Source: an uncultured Verrucomicrobiae bacterium (GTDB lineage Bacteria > Verrucomicrobiota > Verrucomicrobiia > Chthoniobacterales > UBA10450). From it: 64,000 nt of DNA. The stretch's first letter is position 1. Every line of letters begins with the position of its first letter. A program made the translations under genes and the position numbers. The DNA lies in assembly GCA_963735805.1 (NCBI GenBank), contig CAVTMK010000002.1, positions 192,001 to 256,000 on the forward strand. Direction: 5' to 3'. Of the stretch, positions 1-9,989 are shown in pieces. Below the pieces are notes generated by a model, which saw nothing but the letters and a program-made list of their open reading frames with translations, ran no database searches and was not told the DNA's origin.

Positions 1-300
1 GTTTCTTTGAATTTTATTTCGGCAGGAATTGTTTTTGTCACTTCCAGCATTTTCCAGGGAATCGGCAATACGCTGCCACCGCTGTTCAGTTCGATGACGC
101 GGCTGGCCTTGTTCGCTCTGCCAGCGATGTTGATCTCTAGGATGCCAGGGTTTGAGATCAGGGAGCTGTGGTATCTGTCCGTCGGGTCGATCGTTTTCCA
201 GATGTGCGTCAATCTACTGTTACTCCGTCACGAGCTGCGAAAGCGACTCAGATTCGACGAACCGGAAAATTTTATTCCAGCAAGCGCGACGGCGTCGTAG
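1..300 (+). CDS. MATE-family efflux transporter, C-terminal part (truncated by window start)
   Basis: Frame open from base 1; hydrophobic helices with FQGIGNTLPPL, typical of the MATE C-terminal lobe. Confidence 0.7.
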   Translation, partial: VSLNFISAGIVFVTSSIFQGIGNTLPPLFSSMTRLALFALPAMLISRMPGFEIRELWYLSVGSIVFQMCVNLLLLRHELRKRLRFDEPENFIPASATAS

Positions 301-315
301 TTTGCGCTTATTCAA

Positions 316-1749
316 TCATGCGCGGGTTTCTTTTCTGCCGAGGAGTTGAAACGCTAGCAGGCTGATAAACGCGGCGATGCAAAGCCAGGCGAACCAATCG
401 CCGGTTCGCGTGTAAAATGTTTCCTCTCGCGCTACGCCTACTTTTCCAGTGATTGATGCGAAGCGGTCCGGCTCGGTCGCCGTTTCCGCCACGATCCGGC
501 CGCGGTTGTCACTGAGAGTCAGGAGCCCGTTGCGTGCCGAACGAGCCAGAGCGAACCCGTTTTCGACTGCGCGCAGGACGGCCATGCGCGCGTGCAACCA
601 GCGATCGACGTTGAAGTCCCATGCGGGCACCAGCAGCAGGTTCGCGCCTTCGGCTGCGTATTCGCGGCTCAGCTTGGGAAAATCCATGTCTTTGCAAATT
701 TGCAGTCCCCAATGCCCCGACGGCTCCTCGAGAATGACTCGCTTGTCACCGGGTTTTTCGGGCTCGATGCCAGGGATGAGATGATGCTTGTCATAATTTG
801 CGTCCAATTTTCCATCGGCTGAATACAACCGTGAAGAATTGAAAGCGCCGGATGGCGTTTTTCGAACCACGCCAACGACAATCGCTGCATGCGTAGCGGT
901 GGCAGCCGAAGAGAAAAGCGTGTCCACTTCTGATAGTGCGCTTTCGCTGATACGTCCGATTTTTTCCGGGAGCACAACCGCCTGCGTTCCGGCTGGAGTA
1001 ACGTGGCGGATTTCATTGGCGTAATCGCGTAGCAGCTGTAGCGCTTGCTCTTCGGAGCCGAGATAAACGCTCATCGGCACATCCTTTCCGATCAGCGTCA
1101 CTGCGACAGATTGAGAAGGATTCGATTGCAATCGCCATTTGCCAAAAACAAATACAGCGCAAACGATGAATCCGACGGCCAGGGCAAGCACGCGGCGATG
1201 CCATGATCTTCCCGCGCCGCTCAGCAGAACTGCCGCCGCGCCCGCAAACAGAAACACGATGAAGCTGATTCCCCAAATCCCGGTGATCGCAGCGATCTGG
1301 ATCAAGGGGAGACAATCCATTTGTGAGTAAGCCAGATTACCCCATGTGCTGTGAGGCGACGAAATCGCACTCAGATATTCGTACGTCACCCAGTAAACCG
1401 GCAAAGCAAGCGCGGCGGGGAATAGCGATCCGCGACGAAGCATTCCGCGCACAAACAGAACGCCGAGGCCAAAGACAACTGCTGGAACTACAAAGTAAAG
1501 GACGGTAATTGGCAGTGGGAGTTCGATCGCGTGCCTGACGTAGTTCCATTGGTTCATTGCGCCGATCAGCCATGCGATCCCAGCAAGCAGAAAAGCCGCC
1601 CCGGCACTGAGTCGTGGCGAAATCGCCAGCGCTGGGATCGGCGCGAACCAAAGTGCCCACCAAATTGGGTGAAGCCCGGTACCGAGATATACGAACGCGG
1701 CAGAGACAAGGCAGGCCGCTGTGATGAGCAAAAGTTTGCCTAATCGCAT
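316..1749 (-). CDS. Apolipoprotein N-acyltransferase-like / nitrilase-superfamily membrane protein
   Basis: N-terminal TM helices, WGNLAYSQ, E-K-C triad motifs LPEK, YDKHHL, ICKD, and RAVENG. Confidence 0.8.
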   Translation of the reverse strand: MRLGKLLLITAACLVSAAFVYLGTGLHPIWWALWFAPIPALAISPRLSAGAAFLLAGIAWLIGAMNQWNYVRHAIELPLPITVLYFVVPAVVFGLGVLFVRGMLRRGSLFPAALALPVYWVTYEYLSAISSPHSTWGNLAYSQMDCLPLIQIAAITGIWGISFIVFLFAGAAAVLLSGAGRSWHRRVLALAVGFIVCAVFVFGKWRLQSNPSQSVAVTLIGKDVPMSVYLGSEEQALQLLRDYANEIRHVTPAGTQAVVLPEKIGRISESALSEVDTLFSSAATATHAAIVVGVVRKTPSGAFNSSRLYSADGKLDANYDKHHLIPGIEPEKPGDKRVILEEPSGHWGLQICKDMDFPKLSREYAAEGANLLLVPAWDFNVDRWLHARMAVLRAVENGFALARSARNGLLTLSDNRGRIVAETATEPDRFASITGKVGVAREETFYTRTGDWFAWLCIAAFISLLAFQLLGRKETRA

Positions 1750-1882
1750 TTGAAGAACGCCCAGGATGTGGTTGTTCCTGCTGGTTCTGGCAAGACAGTA
1801 ATTCTTATTGAAAAGCGTGCTCGCTCCAACCGCAAAGATGTCGTGCTCGCGCGACGCCGCGGAGATAGTTTATTCAATCCAG

Positions 1883-2250
1883 ATGCGAAAAATCCGAAAG
1901 CCCGGATATGTTGGCGAGACAGAGAAGAATCTGGGCCGCGCTTTCGATGCGGCGAAGAATAGTCGCGCGATTCTGTTTTTTGACGAAGCGGATGGTCTCT
2001 TTAACAAACGCACTGACGCGAAAGACAGCCCGACCGTTATGCAAACATTGAAATCAACTATCTTTTGCGGAGAACTGGGAAATACGCCGGTCTCACCATT
2101 CTGGCCGGCGGCAATCGAACCAGGATCGAGAAGGCGTTCGGGCGAAAGTTTCATTTCATGCTGCGCGTCCTCAACGACGAAAGCCGCGCGGCAAAGAGTC
2201 TTCCACTTGTTAGGCTGCCGCCATATGTCCTGATTGGAGATGAGCGATAA
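1883..2250 (+). pseudogene. Frameshifted AAA+ ATPase fragment without Walker A
   Basis: YVGETEKNL...LFFDEADGLF..KRT in one frame continues as DRYANIEINYLL in another frame after about 2030. Confidence 0.7.
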
Positions 2251-2671
2251 TATCAAAATCAAAACGCGGAAATTTTCCATTGGCGATTACGACGCTGCGC
2301 TTGGGCTATGGCAACGAGTGGAAGGTCTCGAGATTGCCGAGGGAGATGATAGGGAAGGCGTTGGCGACTTTCTCGCGCGCAACCCGGGGCTAAGCAGAGT
2401 GGCAACCGACGGCTCTGCGATTATTGGCGTCGTATTGTGCGGTCACGACGGACGCCGCGGATATATTTATCATCTGGCGGTTGATCCGGCTTACCAGGCC
2501 CGCGGCGTTGGCAAGCGGTTGACGGATGAATGCCTCGACGGTTTGCGCCGGGCCGGCCTCAAACGGGCGCTAATCCTGGTCGCATATGACAACACTCGCG
2601 GCCAGAAATTCTGGCGTCGCCATGGCTGGGAAGAAGTCCCTGGCCCGATCGTGATGGGGACTGACCTTTAA
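2240..2671 (+). CDS. GNAT acetyltransferase (YpeA-like)
   Basis: GHDGRRGYIYHLAV and QARGVG acetyl-CoA motif. Confidence 0.85.
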   Translation: MSDNIKIKTRKFSIGDYDAALGLWQRVEGLEIAEGDDREGVGDFLARNPGLSRVATDGSAIIGVVLCGHDGRRGYIYHLAVDPAYQARGVGKRLTDECLDGLRRAGLKRALILVAYDNTRGQKFWRRHGWEEVPGPIVMGTDL

Positions 2672-2767
2672 TCGCAGGTGTTAGGTCGCCCTTAAGAAAG
2701 AGAGGCAACTAAAAATCTCCCAAACGTAAGACTCGCACACGAACTAAAAAACCACCATACTGTGCGC

Positions 2768-3235
2768 ATGATCACGATGTTTCGCCCGGTGGCTGGTTTT
2801 CTTTTCGTGACACTCACACTTTCAGTTTCGGCCGCTTCCTGGGATGACGATTCGCATTATGTCTCGTTAGGCCCCCACAACGGCTACTACATTGTGCAAC
2901 CTGATTCCAAGTTATTCAGTCAGCTCGGTCTGTGGGAAGCGCCCATCATCGATACATCGGATCCGCTGCGTCACGGCTACGGAGCGGACGCGCTCGCCTT
3001 TCGGTTCAATCGAAACGGCGTCTTGATTGCGCCCCCGGCTTACATCGTGCAGGCGTTGCCGTATGATTTTTACACGCGGCGCGTCGGGGCGCTACCTGTC
3101 GGCCACGCAACCGTCAAGGATGTGGAAGCTATCTTTGGTGGCAGCCACACCCGCGCAAATCGTCCGGATGGTTTTATGTGGTACTACGCGATTCCGGTCT
3201 ATAATCCGTTCGAGAATCGGGGCGGCCGCCGTTGA
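2768..3235 (+). CDS. Hypothetical exported protein
   Basis: Signal-peptide-like N-terminus ending SVSA; clean ORF. Confidence 0.6.
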   Translation: MITMFRPVAGFLFVTLTLSVSAASWDDDSHYVSLGPHNGYYIVQPDSKLFSQLGLWEAPIIDTSDPLRHGYGADALAFRFNRNGVLIAPPAYIVQALPYDFYTRRVGALPVGHATVKDVEAIFGGSHTRANRPDGFMWYYAIPVYNPFENRGGRR

Positions 3236-3281
3236 GATGCGCACGTTGAACTATCGCGCCCAATGTCCCTGGAATCGCAGC

Positions 3282-3803
3282 ATGCGCGCCGCAATTTTTC
3301 TGGCGACCGTTTTTGGCGTGAGCGTTTCAGCAATCGCGAGTACCTCGACTATCATCAGCCCTGATCATCACCAGACGTTTGCCTACGGCGAAATTCTTTC
3401 GCACCAGCTTTATCTCGCACGCTCGCGGGGCGAACTGGCGGCGCGGATCACCTTTAGCAATATGCCTTATAATGGTGACGACGAGCCTCGCACGGACGAA
3501 TCGTTCGATTTTCATTTCCCGGGGATCAAATTTGATGCAACACGACGGACGTTTTTTGTCAGCGACCGAGGCGGTCGGACGATTCCTGTGGCGCGATTTC
3601 GTGCCGGTTTATTCTGCAATTGGGTCGATCTGGCGCCGGGCGCGAAAATTTATCTGCTTAAGGAGAGCGGACGGGTGACCGCAATTCTGACAGCAACCGA
3701 TCATCCGCGCGTGGGAAGTCAGTGGATCGAAACGGACAACAATTGGTCATTACAAAATCTTTTGACTGCCCTGTTCGGCCAGCCAGCCCCCGGTCTCCCA
3801 TAG
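3282..3803 (+). CDS. Hypothetical exported protein
   Basis: ATG 3282 gives the signal peptide MRAAIFLATVFGVSVSAIA. Confidence 0.6.
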   Translation: MRAAIFLATVFGVSVSAIASTSTIISPDHHQTFAYGEILSHQLYLARSRGELAARITFSNMPYNGDDEPRTDESFDFHFPGIKFDATRRTFFVSDRGGRTIPVARFRAGLFCNWVDLAPGAKIYLLKESGRVTAILTATDHPRVGSQWIETDNNWSLQNLLTALFGQPAPGLP

Positions 3804-3940
3804 GCTCCGAACGGAGTTCACAGGGCGAGACTTTTGCGAGCCGAGCGCGACCCGCCTCCAGCGACACGCAACCTCGGAGACGGTTTGCCCTCAGGCTGTT
3901 TCGATTTGCAAAAGCGGTCGTAAGATCACAATCACACCCT

Positions 3941-5059
3941 GTGAAGATACGCGGCAAACATTTTCGAACGATTTGGTTTAAACCAGACGATGAACGCGTG
4001 GTGCAACTTATCGATCAGCGTTTCTTGCCGCATCGTTTCGTGATCGAAGAAGTCCGTACCGTCGAGCAGATGGCGACGGCGATTCGTGAAATGCATGTTC
4101 GCGGGGCGGGATTGATCGGGGCGAGTGCCGGGTACGGAATGTATCTTGCCGCCGTCGCGGCTGCGGCAGGTAGTGCAGCGGCTCGAATCGATGAGCAGTT
4201 GATCCATGCAGCAGAACTACTGAAGACAACGAGACCAACGGCGGTCAATCTTTCCTGGGCCGTGGAGCGCCAGCTAAAGAATATCGCCGAAGGCAAAGAT
4301 GCGACCGAGAAGGTCGCGCTAGGTCTACGCGCAGCAAAACTGATTGCAGACGAAGACGCGGAGCATTGCCGGATGATCGGGCAACACGGATTGGAACTCG
4401 TTCGACAAATCGCAGAGAAAAAAGCGGGAGAGCGTGTGAATTTGCTCACGCATTGCAACGCGGGATGGCTCGCGTTCGTCGACCATGGTTCTGCTACTGC
4501 GCCGATTTATGCAGCTCACGACAGCGGATTGCCCGTGCATGTTTTCGTGGCTGAGACGCGACCCAGAAACCAGGGTTCCAAGCTCACTGCGTGGGAGTTG
4601 GGCGAGCACGGAGTGCCGCATACGATCGTGGCAGACAGCGCCGCGGGACACTTGATGCAACGCGGCGCAGTGGATTTGGTGATCGTTGGAACCGACCGAA
4701 CGACTTACACGGGCGACGTTGCCAACAAGATCGGAACATATCTGAAGGCGCTGGCGGCGAAGGATAATGGCATTCCGTTCTATGTAGCGGTGCCGTCGCC
4801 GTCATTCGATTGGAGGTTGCGAGATGGATTGAAAGAAATCCCGATCGAAGAGCGCAGTGCAGAGGAGGTGACGCAAACCGAAGGCTGGTTCAAGGGGCAA
4901 CAGATCGAGGTGCGCATTGCTCCGGAAGGAAGCCCGGCCGCGAATTATGGGTTCGACGTGACACCCGCGCATCTGGTGACCGGATTGGTTACTGAACGCG
5001 GCGTGTGTGAAGCAAATGAGAAAAGCATCCGCGCGCTTTTCTCAGACAAGGCCCCGTGA
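3941..5059 (+). CDS. mtnA: S-methyl-5-thioribose-1-phosphate isomerase
   Basis: MHVRGAG, TRPTAVNL, THCNAG, ETRP, GDVANKIGTY, FDVTP; GTG start chosen at 3941. Confidence 0.93.
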   Translation: MKIRGKHFRTIWFKPDDERVVQLIDQRFLPHRFVIEEVRTVEQMATAIREMHVRGAGLIGASAGYGMYLAAVAAAAGSAAARIDEQLIHAAELLKTTRPTAVNLSWAVERQLKNIAEGKDATEKVALGLRAAKLIADEDAEHCRMIGQHGLELVRQIAEKKAGERVNLLTHCNAGWLAFVDHGSATAPIYAAHDSGLPVHVFVAETRPRNQGSKLTAWELGEHGVPHTIVADSAAGHLMQRGAVDLVIVGTDRTTYTGDVANKIGTYLKALAAKDNGIPFYVAVPSPSFDWRLRDGLKEIPIEERSAEEVTQTEGWFKGQQIEVRIAPEGSPAANYGFDVTPAHLVTGLVTERGVCEANEKSIRALFSDKAP

Positions 5060-5658
5060 GCAACTACATAAAGTTCTCGTGTGAGCGCGTAGCTGCCGAG
5101 CTTACTTCGTTCGGCGGGCTGGCTGAATTAAACGAACACCGGCAGAAACTTCTGCACCTCGGTGTGATCGGCGTGGATTCAAACGGTATCGGGTTTGGCA
5201 ACCTGAGCTTGAAGGACGGCGCGACCGATAGTTTTTACATCACAGGTTCCGCGACCGGAGGTATAGATGAATTGACGCTGATGAACTGCGCAAAAGTGGT
5301 GACATCCGACTTTGAGAGGAACTTCGTCCGATACGAGGGCTCAGCGGTTCCTTCATCGGAATCTCTGACACACGCTGCAATCTACAAGTCAGATGCACAG
5401 GTAGAAGCAGTGATTCATTGCCACGATTCCAAGCTGTGGGGAGCACTTCTCAATCAAGCTCCGACAACTCCGAAGCGTGCTGAGTATGGAACGCCACAGT
5501 TAGCGTATGAAATAATGCAACTCTTCACGCACACCGACGCGCAAAGCCGAAAGATTATTGTGACGACTGGTCACGAAGCAGGCATCGTAACTTTCGGCAA
5601 AGACCTTGAGGAGGCGTTCGCCGTCCTCATACGCGAAAGAAAAAAAAATTATCGGTGA
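5056..5658 (+). CDS. Class II aldolase/adducin family protein (MtnB/Ald2-like)
   Basis: GNLS, PSSE, HxH (IHCH) metal motif; start overlaps the mtnA stop (GTGA). Confidence 0.8.
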   Translation: MSNYIKFSCERVAAELTSFGGLAELNEHRQKLLHLGVIGVDSNGIGFGNLSLKDGATDSFYITGSATGGIDELTLMNCAKVVTSDFERNFVRYEGSAVPSSESLTHAAIYKSDAQVEAVIHCHDSKLWGALLNQAPTTPKRAEYGTPQLAYEIMQLFTHTDAQSRKIIVTTGHEAGIVTFGKDLEEAFAVLIRERKKNYR

Positions 5659-5750
5659 ATCAAAAACAAGGTAGAGCCCGCCGGGCGGTCGCGCCCAGGA
5701 AATCCCTGGCTGCGTTGACAGCGAATTGCGTGGCCGTACGCTGAATACAA

Positions 5751-6743
5751 ATGCATGAAAAATCTTCAGACTCGAATGAGAAAGCGGGTATTACTCGCCG
5801 AACATTCCTCGGCGCAACTCTTGTAACTGGCGCGGCGCTTCTTGCGAGAGGATCAGATGTGATCTTCGCAGCCGAATCGCCAGCATCACCGAAAATCGCT
5901 GCAAATCCGACCTGGCAGTTGGGCGGCGATCTTACGGTCAACCGCCTTGGTTTTGGCGCGATGCGCATCACCGGCGAAGGTATTTGGGGTTGGCCACCAG
6001 ATCGCGGGAATGCGCTTAAGGTAGTGAAGCGTGCGGTTGAGTTGGGTGTAGATTTGATCGATACAGCGGATGCCTACGGTCCGGAAACAAGCGAACTGCT
6101 GATCGCGGAAGCCCTTTATCCTTATCCCAAAGGTTTGGTTATTGCGACGAAAGGCGGCTTGACTCGACCGGGACCGGCGCAGTGGGTGCCCGATGGAACA
6201 CCACAACATCTCAAACAAGCTGTGGACGCCAGTCTGAAGCGACTGCGCCTGGACCGAATCGATGTCTATCAGCTGCACCGTATCGATCCCAAAGTGCCCA
6301 TGGAGGAATCGCTCGGCGCCATCAAGGAGATGAAAGACGCCGGGAAGATTCGCCATGTCGGGTTATCGAATGTGGAGCCGGAGGAAATCGAGCGGGCTCG
6401 TAAAATTGTTCCGATCGTCAGTGTGCAGAACCGCTACAACATCGAAGATCGCAAATCTGAAAATGCCCTAGCCTATTGTGAGAAGAATGGTCTTGGATTT
6501 TTGCCCTGGTTCCCCATCGGCGGAACCCGCGGATTGAAATCTAACAACGCGTTGAACACGGTGGCGAAAGCTCACGGTGTCAGCGTCTTTCAGGTCGCGC
6601 TAGCGTGGCTACTGGAGCGATCGCCCGTGATGCTACCGATTCCAGGTACGTCATCACTCGCGCACCTGGAGGAGAATGTTGCTGCGGCAAAGCTAAAATT
6701 AACCCCTGAAGAGTGGAAAGCGATCAATGCTTTGGCGAGCTGA
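5751..6743 (+). CDS. Aldo/keto reductase with twin-arginine signal
   Basis: TRRTFL leader; LGFGAM, IDTADAYG, IATKGG, QLHR, GLSN, PIPGT. Confidence 0.9.
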   Translation: MHEKSSDSNEKAGITRRTFLGATLVTGAALLARGSDVIFAAESPASPKIAANPTWQLGGDLTVNRLGFGAMRITGEGIWGWPPDRGNALKVVKRAVELGVDLIDTADAYGPETSELLIAEALYPYPKGLVIATKGGLTRPGPAQWVPDGTPQHLKQAVDASLKRLRLDRIDVYQLHRIDPKVPMEESLGAIKEMKDAGKIRHVGLSNVEPEEIERARKIVPIVSVQNRYNIEDRKSENALAYCEKNGLGFLPWFPIGGTRGLKSNNALNTVAKAHGVSVFQVALAWLLERSPVMLPIPGTSSLAHLEENVAAAKLKLTPEEWKAINALAS

Positions 6744-6853
6744 CAGGAATCTCAGCTGACCGCCGTTGTGAGGATTGCGGCGCGATAGCGTGATCCGTCT
6801 GGGACGGACTACGACGATACCGTCGCACCTGGTTGCTGAAGCGAAGTACAACT

Positions 6854-7468
6854 ATGCACCTCTCGCCTCAATTCGAAAAAGCATTGACTTACGCCACTCG
6901 GATTCACGGCGGACAACTCCGGAAAAAGACGAGGATTCCCTACATCGCACATATCCTCGGTGTCGCTGCGATCGCAATGGAATATGGCGCGAACGAAACG
7001 GAAGCCATCGCAGCGTTGTTGCACGATGCCGTGGAGGATTGTGGTGGCGCGAAACGGTTGCGCGATATCGAGCGAAAATTCGGCAAACAAGTCGCAAAAA
7101 TTGTGGACGGTTGCACCGACACAGACCAAACGCCGAAGCCTCCGTGGCTGGAACGGAAGAAGGGCTACGTGGCTCACGTTCGGCATGCGCCGATACCCAC
7201 GAAACTCGTGTCGGCTGCCGACAAGTTGCACAACGTTCGCGCGATCCTGATGGATTATCGCAAGCAAGGCGAAAAGCTCTGGTCTCGATTCAACCGCGGT
7301 AAACAGGGCGCTCTTTGGTATTACCGCGCACTGGTGAACGCTTTTAGCGGTAAACGCATTCAGCCGTTGGTGCAGGAACTCGATCGCACTCTGACCGAGC
7401 TGGAATTGCTGTCGAATAACGGGGCGCAAGTGATGCAGCCACCGACGCCACACGAAGCGCGTAGGTAA
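6854..7468 (+). CDS. HD-domain hydrolase (Mesh1 / small alarmone hydrolase-like)
   Basis: HGGQLRK, PYIAH, LLHDAVED, DKLHN. Confidence 0.85.
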   Translation: MHLSPQFEKALTYATRIHGGQLRKKTRIPYIAHILGVAAIAMEYGANETEAIAALLHDAVEDCGGAKRLRDIERKFGKQVAKIVDGCTDTDQTPKPPWLERKKGYVAHVRHAPIPTKLVSAADKLHNVRAILMDYRKQGEKLWSRFNRGKQGALWYYRALVNAFSGKRIQPLVQELDRTLTELELLSNNGAQVMQPPTPHEARR

Positions 7469-7502
7469 GATTTATACAAGCCATCTCACAAATACCCGCT
7501 CC

Positions 7503-7528
7503 TGTAGCCACGGCGCTGTGTCGCCGTG
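7503..7528. repeat. GTAG-type REP-like palindrome
   Basis: TGTAGC followed by the hairpin CACGGCG-ctgtgt-CGCCGTG; similar to the element at 38449-38503. Confidence 0.55.
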
Positions 7529-7590
7529 CTGGTGTGAGCAAACACTCCCGGGATGCCTCGACACGGCCACGCGGGTGAGAATTCTATGAA

Positions 7591-8562
7591 ATGCTGATGA
7601 CTTCTAGAAACAGGAGACTTCATTTAATTATCCTTATGTTTTTGGTGTCCACACTAGGCAATGCTTCCGCCGCCACGCAGTTAGACGAGATGCGAGTCAC
7701 ACTCCTCGGTACAGGAACTCCCTTTCCAAACGCTGAGCGATTCGGCTCAGCGATTCTCGTCGACGTGGCCGATAAGAAGTTGCTGTTTGACTGTGGCCGT
7801 GGAGTCGTGATTCGCCTGACGCAGGCTGGAGTCAGTCCGAGAGAGATAGCGGGCCTTTTTCTAACTCATCTTCACTCCGACCATGTTGTAGGGATTCCCG
7901 ATTTTTGGCTTTCGGGCTGGCTTCTAGGTCGCGACCGACCCCTTCCAGTATGGGGTCCTTCAGGAACTCAAAGCATGGCAAAACACCTTGTTGAGGCGTT
8001 TGCCTATGATACCCGCATTCGTCAGACCGCTCCTGATCATCTCTCACCCAGGGGTGTCGAAATTGACGCGAAAGACATCGAACAGGGTGAGATATACAAC
8101 GATGGCTTGACCCGAGTCTCGGCATTCCTTGTCGATCACGGAACTGCGAAACCGGCATTTGGATATCGTGTCGATTCTGCGGGTCACTGTGTGGTCATTT
8201 CCGGAGACACCAAGTTTTGCCAGAACCTCGTGAACTTCGCCAAAGGCGCAGACTGCCTGATTCACGCAGCCTGGAGCGCGGACAAAAAGAATTCTACGCC
8301 GCCGTCGGAGCGTTCAATTGCGTCCGCGGAAGATGCGGGACGGGTCTTCGCGATTGTGAAGCCCAGGCTTGGTGTGGTTTATCACTACAAAGATGAAGAA
8401 GGGCTTCGGGACGCCGTGAGCAAAGAATTCCAGGGCCCGTTAGTCATCGGCAAAGACCTGATGACAATTACCGTCGGTGAGACGATCGCCTGCGACGGAA
8501 AATCTTTGGCCAACAGTACGCTGGACGGGGATAAGCCGAAATCTTCGGGAACACCGCACTAG
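7591..8562 (+). CDS. MBL-fold metallo-hydrolase (RNase Z / AtsA-like), probably exported
   Basis: LLGTGTP, FDCG, THLHSDH, SGDT; signal-like N-terminus. Confidence 0.85.
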   Translation: MLMTSRNRRLHLIILMFLVSTLGNASAATQLDEMRVTLLGTGTPFPNAERFGSAILVDVADKKLLFDCGRGVVIRLTQAGVSPREIAGLFLTHLHSDHVVGIPDFWLSGWLLGRDRPLPVWGPSGTQSMAKHLVEAFAYDTRIRQTAPDHLSPRGVEIDAKDIEQGEIYNDGLTRVSAFLVDHGTAKPAFGYRVDSAGHCVVISGDTKFCQNLVNFAKGADCLIHAAWSADKKNSTPPSERSIASAEDAGRVFAIVKPRLGVVYHYKDEEGLRDAVSKEFQGPLVIGKDLMTITVGETIACDGKSLANSTLDGDKPKSSGTPH

Positions 8563-8594
8563 CCAAAGACAAGCACCGAGCGTAGCATGTGGCT

Positions 8595-9026
8595 ATGAAA
8601 TCAAACTATAACTCTAGCCGTAGATTGTTTCTGATTTTTTCTATCATCTCCGCGGTTTCGCTCGGAACCGCTGCCGCTCAACCCAGTGGGCGCTTGGTCG
8701 TTGTCAGGCCGCCAAACTTTGGATGGAATTTGGCCTTCAATCTACAGATCGACGGCAGGCCGGTTGCGAACGTTGTCCAGGGTCGCAACTATCAGGCATG
8801 GTTGCCAGCCGGGGAGCATGTCTTGACCGTGTCCAAGGTACCGTACACAGGATATGCTGGGCCCACTTCGACAAATGTGAATATCCAGCCCGGGTGGACA
8901 TATGTATATACTGCCTGGTGGGATTCGGCTTTCGTTTTCCTTCGCCCATCCGGGGCGTGGTTAACCCCCGGGGCGCAGTGGCAACTTGGTTGGGCGGCGA
9001 GGCCGTCTCCCAGGCTAATCGACTAA
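8595..9026 (+). CDS. Exported beta-rich hypothetical protein (DUF2846-like), tandem copy 1
   Basis: Signal peptide; GRLVVVR..FGWNL..QIDG..LPAGEHVLTVS shared with the next gene. Confidence 0.7.
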   Translation: MKSNYNSSRRLFLIFSIISAVSLGTAAAQPSGRLVVVRPPNFGWNLAFNLQIDGRPVANVVQGRNYQAWLPAGEHVLTVSKVPYTGYAGPTSTNVNIQPGWTYVYTAWWDSAFVFLRPSGAWLTPGAQWQLGWAARPSPRLID

Positions 9027-9091
9027 AAGAAATCCAAAAGTCGACTAATACCAGACTCGCCAAAAGCGAAACCGGTGCATAGCATGCGGCG

Positions 9092-9478
9092 ATGAAGTCC
9101 AGATACACCTCCGCTGCCAAACTTTTCCTGATTCTTGTTTTTGTTTGCATAGCCTCAATCGGGACCGCCACCGCTCAGTCCGGTGGACGCCTTATCGTTA
9201 TGAGGTCGCCGAGCTTTGGCTGGAATTTAGCTCTCAATATTCAGATCGACGGCAGAACCGCCGCCAATCTTGTTCAGGGACGCCGTTACGATCACTTTCT
9301 ACCAGCAGGGCGCCATGTGCTGACGGTTTCGGCCGTACCAAGTTACAACTCCTATGCGCCGGTCTCGATGGTGCTGAACGTCCGATCCGGGCAAACCTAC
9401 GTGTTCACGGCAATATGGCGGGACACGGACACTGTCGTTCTTGTTCCATCAGCTCTGCCTCCAGGACAGTCGTACTAG
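9092..9478 (+). CDS. Exported beta-rich hypothetical protein (DUF2846-like), tandem copy 2
   Basis: Clear paralogue of 8595-9026. Confidence 0.7.
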   Translation: MKSRYTSAAKLFLILVFVCIASIGTATAQSGGRLIVMRSPSFGWNLALNIQIDGRTAANLVQGRRYDHFLPAGRHVLTVSAVPSYNSYAPVSMVLNVRSGQTYVFTAIWRDTDTVVLVPSALPPGQSY

Positions 9479-9582
9479 TTTAGGGCCATCACCTTGCCGG
9501 TTTGCCAGTCGGGGACTCGATCCTTTGGCAAGCTTACGATTTTTCCGGCAGCGAGGCTCTCGCACTGCGGATCTCAAAGCAG

Positions 9583-9876
9583 CTATTTGATTTTCGCGAG
9601 AACTTTTTCCATCTCATTCCGGCGGAAGGCGCGCATGGTGTGACTCTTGACGTTGCCGAGCGACCCGATCTTAAGCATAAAGGCGCTCATGGTTTCGTCA
9701 TCGGGTGCATCGAAGACGACGACAGCGTCGTACGCGCCCATGGTCCAGAATTCATCCATGATCTTCATTCCCATTTTCTCCGCTTGCTCCATCGCGGTGT
9801 CGCCTCGTTTGACTGTGTCTTTGATATTGCGGATTCCTTGATCAGCAAACTGAATCAAACTGATATAAGTAGCCAT
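9583..9876 (-). CDS. GYD-domain protein
   Basis: 97 aa; WTMGAYD and GNVKSHTMRAF pattern. Confidence 0.85.
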   Translation of the reverse strand: MATYISLIQFADQGIRNIKDTVKRGDTAMEQAEKMGMKIMDEFWTMGAYDAVVVFDAPDDETMSAFMLKIGSLGNVKSHTMRAFRRNEMEKVLAKIK

Positions 9877-9989
9877 GATCTTTTCCTTTTGTGTGGTTAT
9901 GCTTTAAAATTATCCCACATGGCAGCCTACGCAAAGAGCTCAACGCTGTCTTGCCGGATACCTTTTACCTATCAAGAATAACAGGGTAG

